Positions 62,582 through 64,000 of a stretch of DNA of 64,000 bases are shown here, piece after piece; the first letter of the stretch is position 1; every line of letters begins with the position of its first letter. The position numbers were made by a program, and so were the translations under genes. The stretch lies in the NCBI GenBank assembly GCA_010093815.1, contig ML996581.1; one strand, given 5' to 3'. The stretch is from Pseudovirgaria hyperparasitica. Lineage: Eukaryota. Below the pieces are notes generated by a model. The model was not told the origin of the DNA and ran no database searches. It saw only the letters and a program-made list of their open reading frames with translations.

Positions 62582-64000
62582 GGCGCGAGCAGTAATTAGC
62601 GTAAGGAATGAGATGTCTGTCTATGGTCGGACTTTGATTCTAGAAGGGAGGGCTCATTAGGATTGATATTATACGCGTGATGGATCTATCCGAGAACCGG
62701 TGGCTCAGTCTGGTACCGCGCGATCCGGCAAACAGTCGAGCCCCGCTCTGGGCACTCCCGTGTGCTCAGCCATATTGCGGCTGAATGCATCGGCTCGGAC
62801 AGGGTCTCACCGTAAATCTCCTGGCTTATAACAGAATCTCCTTCCGGACTTGCTTACAATTCTGATTATCTGCATCTTTGCCCTTCCTTGCTTGCATCAA
62901 TCACACTGGCGGTCGGAATTCTCTGACATACTTTGTACCGCTCCTCCAAGTTGGGTGTTCCGCAAAATCCAACTCATCATGCACGAGGATGCTTAGCAAT
63001 AAGATCGAGGACTTTTTACACACGAGGGGTGTCTTTGGATGGAGAGTGGATACAGCTCCGAACAGAGTAGAATTCGAGGTCTTGGTGACTTTCGAATCCT
63101 AGACCAGATATATCATATTAGTAAATGTGCCCAGAAACAAAGGATTTGAGCTTCCGATCTTGTGCCAGCAGAAATGATCCCGAAGGTAGATAAAATAAAG
63201 GGTATGAGGTGGTTGATGACTTGATTATTGTCAGTATCTTGGACTTCCAGTCCAGAGCAAGACAGTGATGACGGACAACACACAATACAAATGGAATGGC
63301 GGCCCGGATACTGAGCATGGGAGGTCTTTTAATCAATGAGGCTTCCTTCCATCGGAAGTTGACATGCGGATCTTCGTTTCTTTCGGATCAGTACGCCTGT
63401 AGATGTTGATGGGACATGGTTTCTTGGCTTGTGTGAAAATGACTCCCCGCATTGAAGGACACCAGACAATTACAATTACATGTACTAAATAGCAAAGTGT
63501 GAAGCTAGAGAGCTCCAAAAGCTATGCCGTGTATGCAGGACAACCAACAGACACCTGTGGGGTGGAATGGATGGAGTGGAAATATTGAACGGGCCACTCC
63601 GGGACCAACTCAGCCGCGGTCCAACCACAATAATAATTTGGCATGCTAAGTTGTAAGCATTTCAGCCCCGTTGGCTTGGGCTGACAGGGAACATTCGTCG
63701 ATTTGTCACGTAGCCACTAAGCTGCTAAGCCTACCCCAAGTGCCAGCAAAATAAAAGTCAGGTGCGTTTGCGTATGCTGACCTCGTGCGTATAACGCCTA
63801 TACGCTTCATAAGTGAGCAAGAGCACTGCTAGCCTTACGAGACGGAAAGACGATCATTCCTTGTAGAGCGAAATGCCTTGGAACAATTTGCAGTCGTAAA
63901 CGCGGCAGTGTATATATTCGAGATATAAAGATGTTGAGATGGCAGGCAAAAAAAGTGTCAACTCACTTACTCGCAACATCAGACTCCAAATCAACACTAT

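Noticed and set aside
62850..63520. Minus-strand short ORFs with branch/acceptor-like motifs
   Set aside because: Could not assemble a consistent open reading frame.

Overview
Eukaryotic DNA from a filamentous ascomycete (Pezizomycotina; class not determinable from sequence alone). The evidence is short GT-AG introns with CTRAC/CTAAC branch points and fungal-type orthologues. The window is gene-dense and mostly housekeeping, with about 28 protein-coding loci: RNase P p30, CK2-alpha, ValRS, mitochondrial phosphate carrier, a GRGG-repeat (DUF3602-like) protein, MtnB/Mde1, DUF3844, Sec66, Npl4, Rfc2, an S41 peptidase, Sdc1/Dpy-30, Rps13, a Tos1-like protein, Pex13, a UBE2W-like E2, Ssb Hsp70, a SET-MYND methyltransferase, a SulP sulfate permease, a Sel1-repeat protein, DUF1776, a DUF3176-like membrane protein, a Zn2Cys6 factor and several hypotheticals. 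I found no tRNA, rRNA, transposon or CRISPR, and no new multi-gene system I can support. The most interesting signals are at the RNA-processing and composition level. (1) NPL4 has a likely alternative terminal intron that swaps a short C-terminus for an NLS-like tail. (2) SSB needs a frame-critical 5-nt microexon, which sits next to a structured intron. (3) The DUF3176-like gene has a single in-frame TAG in an otherwise intact frame. (4) A spliced 121-aa orphan ORF is missing from the ORF track. (5) RPS13 intron 2 contains a long hairpin. (6) ValRS has dual start codons downstream of a Gcn4/CpcA site array. (7) Sharp C/A-rich to G/T-rich strand-skew flips recur, cut through genes and co-occur with microsatellites. 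Exon coordinates were derived by eye and family names from recalled motifs; no database search was run.
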